Assembly: GCF_000010065.1 (NCBI RefSeq)
Contig: NC_006576.1
Location: 2,460,001 to 2,492,000, forward strand
DNA: 32,000 nucleotides
Direction: 5' to 3'
DNA from: Synechococcus elongatus PCC 6301
Lineage (GTDB): Bacteria > Cyanobacteriota > Cyanobacteriia > Synechococcales > Synechococcaceae
Shown: positions 18,399 through 26,023 of the stretch, one piece after another
Position numbering within the stretch: the stretch's first letter is position 1
Layout of the letters: every line of letters begins with the position of its first letter
Notes under the pieces: generated by a model
The model's database searches: none
Seen by the model: the letters and a program-made list of their open reading frames with translations, nothing else
What the model was told of the DNA's origin: nothing
Position numbers and translations under genes: made by a program

Positions 18399-19889
18399 TT
18401 ACAAGCCAAAGCCTTTTTTCTTCTTGCTGCCTTTCTTTTGTTTTTTCGGAGGGCCGTACCCCCGGAAACCGGGTTGAGGAGCCGGGGCCCCGCCACCGAA
18501 TCCAGGCATGCCACCGCCAAAACCGGGCATTCCCATGCCGCCCATGCCGGGGAAGCCACCTTGGCTCATCTGCTGCATCATTGTGCGCATCTGTTGGAAT
18601 TGCTGAATGATTTGGCGGATTTCGGCTTCCGTTTGCCCGCAGCCTTTGGCGATGCGGTGACGGCGGCTAGGGGAATTGGAAAGCAAGTCGGGGTCACGAC
18701 GCTCCTGCGGCGTCATGGAGTTGATCATCGCCTCGACCCGTTTGAGCTGGCGTTCGCCTTGGCGTAGCTGCTCGTCGTTGATCTTGCCGCCCAGACCCGG
18801 AATCAGTTTGATGAACCCAGCCAGCGAGCCCATGTTCTTGAGCAGGCGCATCTGCTTGAGAAAGTCGGTGAAGTCAAATTTGGCCGCCAGGATTTTCTCC
18901 TGCATTTTTTCGACGTCAGCCAAGTCGATTTCTTCTTGCGCCTTTTCGACCAAGGTCAGCACATCGCCCATGCCGAGGATGCGCGAGGCCATCCGCTCGG
19001 GATGGAAGGGCTGGAGAGCCTCGACTTTCTCGCCCAGACCTACAAACTTGATCGGGTGGCCAGAAACGCGCCGAATCGAAAGTGCTGCCCCGCCACGGCT
19101 GTCGCCATCTAGTTTCGTCAGGATTGCGCCGGTGATGCCAATCCGCTCATGGAAGCTACGAGTCAGACTGGGGGCCTCTTGGCCGATCATCGAGTCGACA
19201 ACCAGCAAGACTTCGTGGGGAGCGATCGCCTCTTTAACTTGGGCGAGCTCCTCCATCATTTCGGTGTCGATTTGGAGGCGACCCGCCGTGTCGACGATGA
19301 CGGTGTCAATGCCTTCCTGCCGGGCTTTCTCGACACCTTGGCGGGCAATCTCAACTGGATTGGCGTCGCTACCCAGCTCGAACACGGGCACGTCGATCTG
19401 TTTGCCTAACGTGATCAACTGGTCGATCGCGGCGGGACGGTAGACGTCCGTGGCAACCAACAGGGTCGATCGCCCTTCTTTACGCAGATGCAGCGCCAGT
19501 TTTGCCGTCGCCGTAGTTTTACCGGCACCCTGGAGACCGGCCATCAAAATGACGGTCGGTGCCTTGGCCGCTTGCGCTAGGGGTACATGGGTTTCCCCCA
19601 TGACCTGCACCAGCTCGTCGTAGACGACCTTGATGAATTGCTGATCGGGACGAATCCCGCTGATCACCTGCGTCCCGACTGCTTTTTCCTGGACTTGGGC
19701 GATAAATTCCTTGACGACGCCGAGGTTGACATCTGCCTCGAGCAGGGCGCGCCGAACTTCTTTGAGCGCCTCTTGGACATTCGACTCGCTGATTTTGTCC
19801 TGGCCCCGGAGCTTTGTCCAGGCCTGTTCTAGGCGTTCGGCAAGAGCGTCAAACATGAATGAGCGATCGCGTGGCAGTAACTTCCCCAT
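18399..19889 (-). CDS. ffh: Signal recognition particle protein Ffh (SRP54)
   Basis: 496 aa; MFDALAERLEQAWTKLRGQDKISESNVQEALKEVRRALLEADVN, GLQGAGKTTATAKLA, DTAGRLQ, TKLDGDSRGGAALS, Met/Gly-rich C-terminus. Confidence 0.98.
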   Translation of the reverse strand: MGKLLPRDRSFMFDALAERLEQAWTKLRGQDKISESNVQEALKEVRRALLEADVNLGVVKEFIAQVQEKAVGTQVISGIRPDQQFIKVVYDELVQVMGETHVPLAQAAKAPTVILMAGLQGAGKTTATAKLALHLRKEGRSTLLVATDVYRPAAIDQLITLGKQIDVPVFELGSDANPVEIARQGVEKARQEGIDTVIVDTAGRLQIDTEMMEELAQVKEAIAPHEVLLVVDSMIGQEAPSLTRSFHERIGITGAILTKLDGDSRGGAALSIRRVSGHPIKFVGLGEKVEALQPFHPERMASRILGMGDVLTLVEKAQEEIDLADVEKMQEKILAAKFDFTDFLKQMRLLKNMGSLAGFIKLIPGLGGKINDEQLRQGERQLKRVEAMINSMTPQERRDPDLLSNSPSRRHRIAKGCGQTEAEIRQIIQQFQQMRTMMQQMSQGGFPGMGGMGMPGFGGGMPGFGGGAPAPQPGFRGYGPPKKQKKGSKKKKGFGL

Positions 19890-20003
19890 CTTACGTTGGG
19901 GCCGAAATGCGCAAACTCACCTAGGAAAGACGGTAGCGCAGACACCGGAGCGCTTGCGACTGAGTGTGGCAGAGTGAACTCTAGCGTTCGCTCAGTCGTT
20001 CAG

Positions 20004-20300
20004 ATGCGCAGCCCACTGCTCTTCGTTTGGGGACTGGTGTTGGCCATTCAGCCCAGCATGACTGCGGAGACCCTGCCGGATCTCCCGGAAGAGGTGCTGC
20101 GCCAAGAAATAATTACCGAGGCGCGATCGCCCTTGGATGGTCGCCCGTTGACGCCGGCGGAGTACGCGATTTTGCAGCAGCGCCTGCAGACCGACCCCGA
20201 TCCGGTGCGGGGGCTCAATCCTCAGGTGTGGGAGCTCGCTTTTTTGCTTGGGGTTCTCAAAGCGGCGAAAAGTCTGTTTCCATTTCTGCCGTTGCCCTAG
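20004..20300 (+). CDS. Small putative secreted hypothetical protein (98 aa)
   Basis: Internal ATG of ORF 19896..20300: MRSPLLFVWGLVLAIQPSMTAETLPDLPEEVLRQEIITEARSPLDGRPLTPAEYAILQQRLQTDPDPVRGLNPQVWELAFLLGVLKAAKSLFPFLPLP; signal-peptide-like N-terminus. Confidence 0.65.
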   Translation: MRSPLLFVWGLVLAIQPSMTAETLPDLPEEVLRQEIITEARSPLDGRPLTPAEYAILQQRLQTDPDPVRGLNPQVWELAFLLGVLKAAKSLFPFLPLP

Positions 20301-20643
20301 TAAACAAGGGTGTCAGTGGCTGCAGGCTACCGGTCCAAACCTGAAATTGCTCATTCAGCATCTGCCGGAAAATCTCCAGCACCAGCTCAAAGTCGCCGCT
20401 GATCGTCACCTCCCGATCGCTGTTGTAGTCGGTGTAGAAGCACTCAGCACTGTCAGGGCGTTCATCGCCGGCATCTAAAAGCAGCAAAAACTCTGCCTCA
20501 GTCAGGGTGCGATCGCTCTCTAAGACGGCATGGATGCGAATTTGCTCCTCATCTTGATAGCGCTGGACTTCCCAGCCCGGATAGTCGTAGGAGCGCAACT
20601 CTTTTTCGATTTCAATCAAGCGGGCACGCAGCAGAGCAGACAT
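20257..20643 (-). CDS. Hypothetical protein, acidic 128 aa
   Basis: Start MSALLRARLIEIEKELRSYDYPGWEVQRYQDEEQIRIHAVLESDRTLTEAEFLLLLDAG...; overlaps the upstream gene stop as TGATG. Confidence 0.7.
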   Translation of the reverse strand: MSALLRARLIEIEKELRSYDYPGWEVQRYQDEEQIRIHAVLESDRTLTEAEFLLLLDAGDERPDSAECFYTDYNSDREVTISGDFELVLEIFRQMLNEQFQVWTGSLQPLTPLFTRATAEMETDFSPL

Positions 20644-21458
20644 CAGCAAACAGCCTTGGGCGCAACGGTAGGAGGAGCAAAAAGGGTTTGGGGTTGGGGA
20701 CGGTGGTGCAGATGCCAAGGCCCCTCGGAGAGACATTGGCCGAGATACCAGAGCGATCGACTGGGATGAGCCGCAATCTGAAGGGGAGCCTCAGCCTGCC
20801 ACTCGGTTGGCGGCGGTAGGGGCTCACCGGGCCTGGGCGATCGCTCGGCATCCCAGCTCCTGAGCCGGAAGCGGCGCTGGCCTAGGCAGCGAATCTGGAG
20901 TTGAGCTGTGCGCCGACTCCATTGCTGTGAAGGGCTCTGACAATCCACTTGAAACTGCTGATCCAACCAGGACAGCTTCAGCGCCGATCGCACCCTCTCT
21001 GACTGCCAGGTATGGCGGCGCCATTGTTGGTGCAGATGGGCCATCGGCTGGGAAAGTCCCAGCTTCAGGCTGCCCAGAAAGGGGCGATCGCCCACGAGTC
21101 CGACCGAAACGGTACGGATCGAGGCTGCCGCAAGCTGCACGATCGCGGTTTGCCAGTCTCCCCAAAGCTGTAACTCTCCACAGAGCTGGCGATCGCGGTC
21201 CAAGGGCAGCAGTAACCAAGGGCGATCGCTGGGCCAAATCGCCAGCACTGCACTTACTGTCTCTGGATCTGCTGCCGTTACAAGGCCCTCCACTGCAGTA
21301 CCGTGCTGGCGGATGAGCGCTGGAACGTCTCGGGGCTCTCGACAGATGGGCTGGGTGATCGCCCTGCCTTGAGCCTGCAGAGCTTCTCGAACACATCGCT
21401 GCGATCGGGCAGCCACAACCGTCCTTGGCAAAAGGACCAGTAGCTGGTGAGGCATCAC
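20643..21458 (-). CDS. Hypothetical protein, possibly a very divergent diacylglycerol/YegS-type lipid-kinase-like fold
   Basis: 271 aa; overall layout (N-terminal Rossmann-like LLVLLPRTVV...; SIRTVSVGLVGDRPFLGSLKLGLSQP; C-terminal PLQIAAHPSRSLWYLG) vaguely resembles YegS-like proteins, but GGDGT is not present. Confidence 0.5.
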   Translation of the reverse strand: MMPHQLLVLLPRTVVAARSQRCVREALQAQGRAITQPICREPRDVPALIRQHGTAVEGLVTAADPETVSAVLAIWPSDRPWLLLPLDRDRQLCGELQLWGDWQTAIVQLAAASIRTVSVGLVGDRPFLGSLKLGLSQPMAHLHQQWRRHTWQSERVRSALKLSWLDQQFQVDCQSPSQQWSRRTAQLQIRCLGQRRFRLRSWDAERSPRPGEPLPPPTEWQAEAPLQIAAHPSRSLWYLGQCLSEGPWHLHHRPQPQTLFAPPTVAPKAVC

Positions 21459-21587
21459 AGCCCACCCTCAAGTTCTGAGGAATAACCAAGATCGCCTTGG
21501 GTTGGTCGCCAAGTCAGGGAATCCAGAATTTTTGCCACCCCAGAGAAAAATATCGTCAGAATGGGGTCACAATCGCCCCTCCGCGTT

Positions 21588-22973
21588 ATGTCTTGGCTTG
21601 CCGACACGGCTACTCTCTCCCGCCTGCAATTTGCTGTCACCGCAATTTTTCACATGCTTTGGCCTGTCTTGACGACGGGACTAGCGATTTTCCTGGTGAT
21701 TGTTGAGGGGATGTGGCTGCGGACGCGCAACCCGGATTACTACCATCACGCTCGCTTCTGGTCCAAACTCTACGTTCTCAACTTCGGGATTGGGGTGGCC
21801 TCGGGGCTGCCGATGGAGTTTCAGATTGGTACCAACTGGGCGCCGTTTTCGGAGGCTGTCGGCGACTTTTTTGGGAGCATCCTCGGCTTTGAGGGAGCGA
21901 TGGCCTTCATGCTGGAGGCAGGCTTCTTGGGGATCATGTTGTTTGGCTGGAATCGTGTGCCGCCCCCGATTCACTATCTCGCCACGATGATGGTCGCCTT
22001 TGGGGCCAATCTCTCGACGTTCTGGATTTTGGCGGCTAACTCCTGGATGCAAACCCCGGCGGGAACTCTGCTCCAAGACGGGCATTTTCAGGTACTGGAC
22101 TACTTCCGGATCATTTTCAATCCCTTCATGGTGGTCAGCGTCTCCCACATGTTCCTCGCGACCTTGGAGACTTCACTCTTCATGGTGGGCGGCATCAGCG
22201 CTTGGTACCTTTTGCGCGATCGCGAGGCTGAATTTTTCCGGCGATCGTTTGTCATTGTTCTCTCGGCGTTGATTGCGATTGCCCCGCTGCAAATCTGGGT
22301 CGGTCACCTCAGCGGCGAACAGGTTTGGGAATATCAGCCGACGAAACTAGCTGCGATGGAAGCGCAATGGAAAACAATCCCCGCTGGTGAGACTGCGCCT
22401 TGGAGTGTCTTGGCTTGGCCGGATACCCAAGCAGAAACCAACCGCTGGTCCCTAGAAGTTCCCCAAGCGCTGGGCTGGATTCTGGAATTTCAACCCCGCC
22501 TCAGTCGCCCTCTCAAAGGCCTCTCGGAGTGGGAACCCCGCGATCGCCCGTCCATGGTGGGTCTAGTCTTTTACGCCTTTCGGGTCATGGTTGGGATCGG
22601 GTTTGCCCTAGCGGGTCTGATGTTGTTGACTGGCCTGCAATGGCTGCGAGGCCGCTTGACCCGCGATCGTTGGTTGCTCTGGGGATGGGTCTTGGCAGCT
22701 CCTCTCGGCTATATCGCAGTGGAATCGGGCTGGATTGTTCGCTGCGTCGGTCGTCAGCCGTGGTTGGTCTACGGGCAACTGCGAACCTTAGATTCGGCCT
22801 CGGATGTGCCCGCAGGAGCCGTTGCCTCATCATTAGGAACCTTTTTGCTGCTCTATAGCGTTCTGTTCGTCACGGCGCTCTTTTTTGGGCGGCGCATCTT
22901 GCTCAAAGGGCCCGATCGCCAGTTGCCGCTACCGGAGACCATCCCTGCCGAGCCGGCTGTCGTTGAGTCTTAG
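21588..22973 (+). CDS. cydA: Cytochrome bd-type quinol oxidase subunit I
   Basis: MSWLADTATLSRLQFAVTAIFHMLWPVLTTGLAIFLVIVEGMWLRTRNPDYYHHARFWSKLYVLNFGIGVASGLPMEFQIGTNW...; GWIVRCVGRQPWLVYGQLRT. Start chosen at ATG 21588. Confidence 0.96.
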   Translation: MSWLADTATLSRLQFAVTAIFHMLWPVLTTGLAIFLVIVEGMWLRTRNPDYYHHARFWSKLYVLNFGIGVASGLPMEFQIGTNWAPFSEAVGDFFGSILGFEGAMAFMLEAGFLGIMLFGWNRVPPPIHYLATMMVAFGANLSTFWILAANSWMQTPAGTLLQDGHFQVLDYFRIIFNPFMVVSVSHMFLATLETSLFMVGGISAWYLLRDREAEFFRRSFVIVLSALIAIAPLQIWVGHLSGEQVWEYQPTKLAAMEAQWKTIPAGETAPWSVLAWPDTQAETNRWSLEVPQALGWILEFQPRLSRPLKGLSEWEPRDRPSMVGLVFYAFRVMVGIGFALAGLMLLTGLQWLRGRLTRDRWLLWGWVLAAPLGYIAVESGWIVRCVGRQPWLVYGQLRTLDSASDVPAGAVASSLGTFLLLYSVLFVTALFFGRRILLKGPDRQLPLPETIPAEPAVVES

Positions 22974-23021
22974 TCCGCAGTCATCGAGAACTGTCCTATT
23001 GGTTATTAGGAGCGATCGCCC

Positions 23022-24053
23022 GTGGACGCCTTGCTGCATTTTCTGCCTCAGGTTTGGTTTGTCATTCTGGCTCTGTTCCTATTTCTCTATGTCGTCCTTG
23101 ATGGGTTTGACCTTGGAGTTGGCATTCTCTCGCTGACAACTAGCAGTGAGAATCGCCGCACAATTTTGATGACCAGCTTGGGCAATATTTGGGATGCCAA
23201 TGAAACTTGGCTGGTGCTGATGGGCGGTGCATTGTTTGGGGCATTTCCCTTGGCCTATGGCACGATTCTTAATGCACTCTATCTGCCCATTTTTTTGATG
23301 ATTTTTGGCTTGATTCTTCGGGCGGTTGCTTTTGAATTTCGTGAGAATGCCGAGCGAAAACGCTTCTGGAATTTAGCGTTTGGCAGTGGTAGTTTTCTCG
23401 CTGCCCTCGCACAGGGATTTGCCTTAGGCAGTGTTTTGACAGGGATTCGCACAGACGCTGGCGGCCACTACATTGGCGGGCTTTGGGACTGGTTGAACTG
23501 GCACAGTCTGCTAGTCAGCTTGACGCTGATTCAGGCCTACGTGCTGATCGGCTCGACCTACTTGATTATGCGGACGGGGGGCAGTCTTCGGGAAACCCAC
23601 TTCCAGACCGCTAAACTCGCCACCATTACAACCTTAGTTGGGGCGATCGCGATCACTGCAACGACCCCCTTTATTTCCGAAAGTGCTCGCGATCGCCTTT
23701 TGCAAGTGCCTTTCATCTATGGATTTACACTGATTCCTGTGCTTGGCGTTCTCTTGATTGCCATCCTCTGGCGCAGTCTGAGTCGGAAGCAGGAATTTGC
23801 TCCATTTATTTGGACTGTTTTACTCTTTTTACTCACTTTTATTGGTCTGGGCCTGCTTGTTTTTCCCTACGTCATTCCGCCTCAGATCACGATTTACCAA
23901 GCTGCTGCATCACCGAGTGCATTGGTATTCATGATTGTTTTTATCGGTTTCCTAATTCCAATTATGTTGTTCTATAACATCTATAACTACATTGTTTTTC
24001 GCGGTAAAGTTGTGGTCGAACATAGCGAAGCGGTTCTGCCTCAGGATGCCTAA
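23022..24053 (+). CDS. cydB: Cytochrome bd-type quinol oxidase subunit II (GTG start)
   Basis: VWFVILALFLFLYVVLDGFDLGVGILSL, IWDANETWLVLMGGALFGAFPLAYG, LRAVAFEFR. Confidence 0.95.
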   Translation: MDALLHFLPQVWFVILALFLFLYVVLDGFDLGVGILSLTTSSENRRTILMTSLGNIWDANETWLVLMGGALFGAFPLAYGTILNALYLPIFLMIFGLILRAVAFEFRENAERKRFWNLAFGSGSFLAALAQGFALGSVLTGIRTDAGGHYIGGLWDWLNWHSLLVSLTLIQAYVLIGSTYLIMRTGGSLRETHFQTAKLATITTLVGAIAITATTPFISESARDRLLQVPFIYGFTLIPVLGVLLIAILWRSLSRKQEFAPFIWTVLLFLLTFIGLGLLVFPYVIPPQITIYQAAASPSALVFMIVFIGFLIPIMLFYNIYNYIVFRGKVVVEHSEAVLPQDA

Positions 24054-24244
24054 AGCTGAAGTCTTAGGCTGGAGTGCTATCCCCTCCATCCCGGCGAGCA
24101 GGTTCCGAGTTTCGGCTCGTTCCGTACTATTCCCGACCATACCGAACTGCGGGCCGCCGCGATCGCCTCGGTCAAATTAGCGAACAAAAGCCTGAATATT
24201 CCCGTCTGTCTTATGTGCTTGCGCCCACTGCGAGATCCCCTGTC

Positions 24245-24748
24245 ATGACACTGTTGCCCCATCGTCGGCAGTCGGCCATGCTAAGCCCGGGCCAAGCGCT
24301 GGCAGGCGTAGTCGCCATGGGGATTGTTGCGGCGCTAGCTATGCCTAGCGTGATGAAGGTTCAGCAACAAGCGCAGCTTGAGGAAGCGGTTTCGACCACT
24401 GAGCGCATTCTCAGAACAATCCATCAAAACGCGCAGAGCCGCGATCGCGACTGCAGCTTCTCGCTTGTAGGATTGGCTGTCTCGGTTGCGCCCAGCAACT
24501 GTTGGTCAGCAACTCCCTTGAATTTTGCCAATATTTCTTCGGCGATCCGCATCGACCCGGACAGTACGCTGATCGGGCCCAAAATTGCGATTTTTCAGGC
24601 TAGCGGTAATGTCGATCTCGATGGCGCAAGACAGGGACGGCGAGTCTTGGTGCTCGAGCACAGTCAGTTGCCCGGTCGTCGCTGCATTGAGGTGATTCAC
24701 AGCGGTGGCATCAATAGCGGGATTTGGGATGGCCGTCAGTGCGATTGA
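24245..24748 (+). CDS. Pseudopilin/minor-pilin-like protein
   Basis: Internal ATG of ORF 24074..24748: MTLLPHRRQSAMLSPGQALAGVVAMGIVAALAMPSVMKVQQQAQLEEAVSTTERILRTIHQNAQ... has a class III-like basic leader, Gly, then hydrophobic helix ending AMPS, and four Cys in the C-terminal domain. Confidence 0.6.
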   Translation: MTLLPHRRQSAMLSPGQALAGVVAMGIVAALAMPSVMKVQQQAQLEEAVSTTERILRTIHQNAQSRDRDCSFSLVGLAVSVAPSNCWSATPLNFANISSAIRIDPDSTLIGPKIAIFQASGNVDLDGARQGRRVLVLEHSQLPGRRCIEVIHSGGINSGIWDGRQCD

Positions 24749-24820
24749 GCAGGATCAGTCTCTTTGCCCCAACCGGCATCAGTCATCAGCACGGAGCACC
24801 CTGACAAACTGAGCGATCGC

Positions 24821-25123
24821 TCAAATCTGCTCCAGACTTGGTGCAACTTGCACCAGTTCAATCATGACTGGATCCTCGGCAGCAAAGTTGGCCGCCTGGG
24901 ATTGCAGCTTCTGGGTTTCTTCGTCTGTGCGGGTGCAGGCAAAGCCGTAGCGGGCACGTACCCGTTCGGAGGCGGCGGCCAAGGCTGTGCAGCCCTGCTG
25001 TTGGAGCTTCGCCACAGTTAGGCGATCGCCCGGTTTGAGGTAGTCCAAAACAACCGTGGACGGGGAATAGAGCAGCGACTCACTGCCATCAGGCCAGTTG
25101 AGCTTCAGATAAACTTCAGGCAT
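24821..25123 (-). CDS. MSMEG_0570 family (nitrogen-starvation-response / Nit1C-associated) protein
   Basis: Start MPEVYLKLNWPDGSESLLYSPSTVVLDYLKPGDRLTVAKLQQQGCTALAAASERVRARYGFACTRTDEETQKLQSQAANF; recognised family pattern (WPDG, YSPS, DYL.PG, ASERVRA.YGFAC). Confidence 0.75.
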   Translation of the reverse strand: MPEVYLKLNWPDGSESLLYSPSTVVLDYLKPGDRLTVAKLQQQGCTALAAASERVRARYGFACTRTDEETQKLQSQAANFAAEDPVMIELVQVAPSLEQI

Positions 25124-25204
25124 CGTCAGGGGCAGAACAACGGTGATTGCAATGATCCTGTTTGGGATTGTCGGGGTTTTTGCGGTCATTGCCCGTTGTC
25201 TCTG

Positions 25205-26023
25205 TTACCGAGTCAGAAGTGCTGCCCAAGACTCAAAGGCTTCTTGCAGAGCTGGCCTTGCCAACAGCAATGTAGGCCAATTGACAGAGCCGTAGTCCCG
25301 TCCAGATTGCAGGGGAAATTGTTCACCTGCCAGCGATCGCCAATCGGCACCGAGGGCTTGGGCCAGCACCCAAACGGCAGCGATGTCCCAGATCTTTGGC
25401 GTTGCTTCCAAAGCCCCGAGGGTCGTTCCCTCCAGTACGGTTAGGAAATTTGCAGTCGAGGCTCCCAGCATCCGAATTTTGCAGGGGAAGGGTGCGCTCC
25501 AGCGTTGCAGCACGATCGCGCTGCGGGTGCAAAGGCTAAAGAGTTGATTCGAGCCCAGGGATTCAGTGCGCAGCTGTAACGGTTGATGATTCCGCTCTGC
25601 CCAAGCCACCGGCGCTAAATCCGTCGATCGCGTATCCACCCCGCAATAAAAGCGCTGTAGCGGTGGCAAGGCGATCGCCCCAAACACGGGCCAGCCGCGA
25701 TAGAGCAAGGCCAGTGAAATTCCCCAGATGGGAATCCCTTGGGCAAAGTTGGTGGTGCCATCGAGGGGATCAACCACCCAAGTCCAGTCGGCGCCACCAA
25801 AGGTTTGCTGACTTTCCTCGGTGAGCAAGGCGTGCTTCGGAAAGAGCTGAGATAGGCGATCGCACAGGGTTTGATCGGCCCAGCGATCGGCGGCGGTAAT
25901 CAAGCTGCCGTCTGCCTTTTCTGTGGCTTGCAGCGTTCCAAATTCCAGTAGGAGGCGATCGCCGACTTCCTGACAGAGCGCTTCAATCGTTTGGGCGAGC
26001 GATCGCCAATCGGGTTGGTTCAT
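25205..26023 (-). CDS. Inositol monophosphatase family protein
   Basis: 272 aa; WTWVVDPLDGTTNFAQGIPIWGISLAL, ATPKIWDIAAVWVLAQALGADW. Confidence 0.92.
   Translation of the reverse strand: MNQPDWRSLAQTIEALCQEVGDRLLLEFGTLQATEKADGSLITAADRWADQTLCDRLSQLFPKHALLTEESQQTFGGADWTWVVDPLDGTTNFAQGIPIWGISLALLYRGWPVFGAIALPPLQRFYCGVDTRSTDLAPVAWAERNHQPLQLRTESLGSNQLFSLCTRSAIVLQRWSAPFPCKIRMLGASTANFLTVLEGTTLGALEATPKIWDIAAVWVLAQALGADWRSLAGEQFPLQSGRDYGSVNWPTLLLARPALQEAFESWAALLTR

Noticed and set aside
18676-19443. Plus ORF 255 aa antisense to ffh
   Set aside because: Serine/arginine-rich antisense translation of a highly conserved gene; no independent support.
20824-21489. Minus ORF 221 aa in another frame of 20643..21458
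   Set aside because: Alternate frame; the 271-aa frame has the coupled TGATG junction to the next gene. Not completely excluded since that protein is itself poorly characterised.
22400-22858. Plus ORF 152 aa inside cydA
   Set aside because: Out-of-frame within CydA, which is unambiguous.
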